From positions 13,280 to 77,279 of the forward strand of contig OZ223360.1 in the NCBI GenBank assembly GCA_965140755.1: DNA of 64,000 nt, in the 5' to 3' direction. The notes below the pieces were generated by a model, which was not told the origin of the DNA, did not search any database, and saw only the letters and a list, made by a program, of their open reading frames with translations. This DNA comes from an uncultured Vibrio sp. GTDB lineage: Bacteria > Pseudomonadota > Gammaproteobacteria > Enterobacterales > Vibrionaceae. This document shows positions 60,544 through 64,000 of the stretch, piece after piece (position 1 is the first letter of the stretch; each line of letters starts with the position of its first letter). The translations under genes and the position numbers were made by a program.

Positions 60544-61638
60544 ATGCTTTGGCAGAATAAATTAAAACAACAAAATCAAGAGCTAAGAAGTGAGATTGCC
60601 GCTCTACATGAAAAGTATGACCGCGATATGCAATCTATGCGGCAGCAGTTAGAGGCTTCTACACAAGAAATTGAGTCGTACAAACAAACGATAAAATTGA
60701 ACAAGCAAGTGATGTCATCTAGCCTCGAAGGGAGCGTAATGCTGGAAGCGATCAGGACTCAAATGGCGGCAAGTGCTGAAAATCTGCAAGCTGAAAATGA
60801 GGCGCTGAAGTTACTTGATGACATGTTCGCACAAACACATCAAGCATTGGCGCGTTTAGAAAATCGCGCTGAGAAAATCAGCTACCACGCAAATAGCAGT
60901 ATGGCTGTGGCTCAAAACTTAGACAGCACTGCGAGTTCAATCAACCAGTTTGTATCAACCATTAAAGAAATCTCCGATCAAACCAATTTGTTGGCGCTAA
61001 ATGCTGCGATAGAAGCCGCTAGAGCAGGAGAGTCGGGTCGAGGCTTTGCCGTGGTTGCGGATGAAGTGCGCGGCTTGGCTGGGAAAGCGCATGAGACAAG
61101 TGAGAAGATTGACCAGTTGGTTCATCAAATCGTTTCTCAAGTTCAAGCCATTAAAGAAGCCATTACAGAGAATCAGACCTGTGCAGAAGAGGTTTCAGCG
61201 TCTTCATCGCAAATTGGCTGTATTGTGAATGAAGTGGTTGTTAAATCAGAGCACATGCAAGAGGTTATTTTTCTCGCATCAACCCGCTCATTCTTGGATA
61301 CGGTGAAACTTGATCATGCCGTATGGAAGCAAAACTTGTACAAGTTGGTTGAAGCCGAAGCCTTTGAGGAGAAAGTTTCTGAGCATACTGGGTGTCGTTT
61401 AGGGAACTGGTATTACAGAGGGGCTGGTACTCAATATAAAGGGTTGCGTAGTTTCTCTATGTTAGAGGAGCCCCATAAGCAGGTTCACGAATATGGTAAA
61501 AATGCGCTTCTGTGCGGGAAAGCATCTGATTCCCTGGCAATGATCAACGCTATTCAATCGATGGAAAAGGCAAGTTGCGAAGTGGTTTATCAGATTGACA
61601 GTTTGTTGGATGACATTAATGCGACTAAGTTTGGCTAA
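60544..61638 (+). CDS. Soluble methyl-accepting chemotaxis protein with C-terminal CZB domain
   Basis: No TM; [31 protein letters not shown]; CZB motifs [22 protein letters not shown]. Start uncertain (60523-60544). Confidence 0.88.
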   Translation: MLWQNKLKQQNQELRSEIAALHEKYDRDMQSMRQQLEASTQEIESYKQTIKLNKQVMSSSLEGSVMLEAIRTQMAASAENLQAENEALKLLDDMFAQTHQALARLENRAEKISYHANSSMAVAQNLDSTASSINQFVSTIKEISDQTNLLALNAAIEAARAGESGRGFAVVADEVRGLAGKAHETSEKIDQLVHQIVSQVQAIKEAITENQTCAEEVSASSSQIGCIVNEVVVKSEHMQEVIFLASTRSFLDTVKLDHAVWKQNLYKLVEAEAFEEKVSEHTGCRLGNWYYRGAGTQYKGLRSFSMLEEPHKQVHEYGKNALLCGKASDSLAMINAIQSMEKASCEVVYQIDSLLDDINATKFG

Positions 61639-61807
61639 ATCAAGATAGTTCAGGCTAGGCTTTAATTTACTGCGTTTATAAGCAGACCGTCTGTTTGAAG
61701 GTCATTTTGTGACAATGCATCAAGATGGCCTTCTGATTTTCAGGCAAACCGATCGATCCCGAGAGACTCATCGTTTAGAACTGTTTGTGGCGTTCCAAGC
61801 TGCTAAA

Positions 61808-62137
61808 TTAACTTGCCAATGCACAAACGGCCTGCTGTACGCTACTGAAATGGATTTTGATGATGCATCTCTGCGCTAGACTAAACTCATGAGACTGAAT
61901 GAGTGTGGTAACTTCTTCGACTGACAATGTTTTGTCCTTTGGGAGCAGTGCAATTTGATTGGTGCTACCGTACTGCAAACTAAAAGTGCGGCCATGTGAA
62001 TCAATCACGAAGTCTTCTTGTCCCCAGATAAGTGCCTGGCATTCTGTTTGTAAGTCCGACTGCGAGTGCAGATAGATGAGCTCGTCATCGCCTTCCAGTT
62101 TTAATAAGCATGGCCATATTACGGTGTTTGGCGTCAT
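61808..62137 (-). CDS. DUF4144-like protein
   Basis: WPCLLKLEGDDELIYL...VIDSHG...QRCIIKIHF. Confidence 0.7.
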   Translation of the reverse strand: MTPNTVIWPCLLKLEGDDELIYLHSQSDLQTECQALIWGQEDFVIDSHGRTFSLQYGSTNQIALLPKDKTLSVEEVTTLIQSHEFSLAQRCIIKIHFSSVQQAVCALAS

Positions 62138-62162
62138 TCTACTGCCTCGTCGTTCACTGGCC

Positions 62163-62699
62163 TTAAAAGCCAGAGTTGGGTGTTTTCAAAAACTCAACTT
62201 CTTCTGGCGTGCTTTCTCTTCCCAGTATCGCATTGCGATGTGGGTAGCGTCCAAATTGGTCGATAATGGCTTTGTGTTTTAGCTCAAAATCGTAGTTCTT
62301 TTCAAGTCCTGGCGCGCGAAACAGTTTTTCCGCTTCCACATGGATGACACGCGATTCACTGTGCATGAACGGCATGTACAAAAAGCTACGCTGCTCGTGA
62401 TTAAGTGCTTTATGCAGACCGAGTCGAATGGCCTCTTGCGCTAATGAGAGCGCGAGCGGATCTTGCGCAAACGCTTTTGGTGTATTGCGGTATACATTCC
62501 GCGAAAACTGGTCGAGTACAATAATTTCGGCTAATCGCCCTTTTGCGCTGTCTCGCCAGCTAAATAGTTCGCAGCGAGCGGCTTGTTCTAGCACTGAGGA
62601 AAACCGAGATTCAATTTGTTTATCCAGTTCTGGATTGCTTTCGAACCAATTTTGAGGGGTCAGTTCTTCAAACCAAAACTTCATGATCGACAGGTACAT
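62163..62699 (-). CDS. DUF924-family protein
   Basis: FWFEE, IIVLDQFSRNVYR, FLYMPFMHSE, FGRYPHRNAILGR. Confidence 0.9.
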   Translation of the reverse strand: MYLSIMKFWFEELTPQNWFESNPELDKQIESRFSSVLEQAARCELFSWRDSAKGRLAEIIVLDQFSRNVYRNTPKAFAQDPLALSLAQEAIRLGLHKALNHEQRSFLYMPFMHSESRVIHVEAEKLFRAPGLEKNYDFELKHKAIIDQFGRYPHRNAILGRESTPEEVEFLKTPNSGF

Positions 62700-62728
62700 A
62701 CAGTGTCCTTTTGTTACCGAAAGTTTAT

Positions 62729-62767
62729 AACCAGGAGCCAGAAGTGTAAATTCTGGCTCCTGGTTTT
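62729..62767 (-). terminator. Terminator after the M3 peptidase gene
   Basis: Perfect 15-bp inverted repeat AACCAGGAGCCAGAA/TTCTGGCTCCTGGTT. Confidence 0.7.
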
Positions 62768-62768
62768 A

Positions 62769-64000
62769 TTATCGACCGTAAGTTTTTACAATATAGCGTT
62801 CAAAATCGTCACACATTTGCTCATCGGAGAGGGTGTTGCTCGCGAGCTCTTTACTTCCGTCGACGACTTTAATCGCCGCATTAAGCGATGCTACCGGTGC
62901 TCTCTCTCGTGTTTCAAGCGCTTTGATTTTCTGCTGCTGAACTTCCCAAGCTTGCGCGGGTGAAAGGTTACATACGTCTGCCAAGTACTTGGCATTAAAC
63001 CCTTCACCAGTCAGGCTGACAATGGTTTCATTGTGCGACAAGTGGTTGCCTGCATGCCAGTAGTGTTTTGCTAGCAGTGGGCCAATTTCTGGGTTGTCGG
63101 TCAAGTAGCCAAACTTATCCAGGAAGTAAGCACGCGTCTGATAAACCGCCATGTGCGCGAGTAAATAACCTTGATAAGCACAAGCTGATTCATCTGATAA
63201 GTAGGTGCGGAATTGCCAATAGCGGGCGAGGGCTGCATTCCAAGCCAAGGATTTGCTTTTCACAATCACGCGCAAGCTTGGTGATTCGCTCTGGCGTTAA
63301 TTCTTCATCATTTAGCTGATATAGCGCGCGCTCAAAATATGGCACAACTAAGATACTGCGCTCTTCATAGGCTTTGAATGGCTGACGGCTGTTGATCATC
63401 GATTGAATTATCTCATCTGGAACTGAGTTACCTTCATCATCCAGTGCGTACTGTTTTAGCCAATCTGCATCAGTGAGCAGGCTGTCACAGAACATAGATT
63501 GCGTTTCTGCATAAGCCATGGAGGTCGGTGCAAACTCCTGCGAAAAGCAAGGTGCATTCATTTTAACGTTGGCAAAGTGTGCTGCGTGACCGCCTTCGTG
63601 AAAAGCGTATTGATGCCATCGTAGCCGCTGCCCACTTGGTCTGGCTTGGCATTGCTGGTGAAGTTGACCTGCGCGGCAATCCATTCGCCTTGGTTGTAGA
63701 AAGAAGGAATCGGCCCATGGTAGAAGCGTTCGGGTATTTGCCTTTGCGATCGAGTAAATCTAGAGTCAGCGTTGCACCTGAGTAATCAATATTTAAACGA
63801 CCGAAGGATTCTACCCAGCGTCTCAGAGATTTTGAGAAAGGCACGTATGGGTCGAGATCACGCATCACGTCACCCGCGAACGAGTAAATAAAGTTGTGGC
63901 CAGTAAGCGCATTTTGACCTTTCTCTTTCGCCAAGTTTTCTAAGCTACTCAGGTGAGCATTTCGGGTACGTTGTTTCAAAATCTTCCAGAATGTCAAACA
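62769..64000 (-). CDS. M3-family oligopeptidase (5' part beyond the window), with three apparent frameshifts
   Basis: DLLDRKGKYPN, FHEGGHAAH (HExxH), AETQSMF, YQGYLLAHMAV recovered across three ORF-track fragments. Confidence 0.8.

Overview
This window spans the replication origin of a Vibrio secondary chromosome (chrII/chromid). The parA2-parB2 / oriCII / rctB core is at 7255-12650. Its control elements can be read directly: a DnaA box, six Dam-site iterons at 22-23 bp spacing, an IHF-like site, an AT-rich unwinding region, two 39-mer-like and one 29-mer-like RctB sites, and at least seven perfect parS2 palindromes (TTTACAnTGTAAA) from 3.0 to 21.9 kb. The rest is typical chrII gene content: murein peptide recycling, tmcA, nagB, maoP-hdfR, ada-alkA/ogt, nhaD, formaldehyde detoxification, a KdgR/KDG cluster, ompW and a soluble CZB chemoreceptor. 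The strongest leads are: (1) an uncharacterised seven-gene envelope/export operon (secreted helical protein, ABC ATPase, FtsX-type permease, LolA-like protein, OM barrel, intramembrane-sensing LytS-type kinase, LytTR regulator) preceded by three LytTR-type boxes at a 20-bp period; (2) a PruR-like periplasmic pterin-binding protein coupled to a diguanylate cyclase with the DcpA W-x7-E motif; (3) an unannotated 38-aa membrane sORF and an RBS-occluding hairpin upstream of nhaD; (4) a VadR-like sRNA and extra iterons downstream of rctB; (5) a HolE(theta)-like small protein and a maoP-hdfR pair close to oriCII. Six genes beyond 28 kb carry ten single-base indels, mostly in homopolymers, which are probably sequencing errors. 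A DoxX remnant and an internally deleted GGDEF gene look like real decay. No tRNA, rRNA, IS element or CRISPR array was seen. All family assignments come from recognising motifs by eye; no database search was run.
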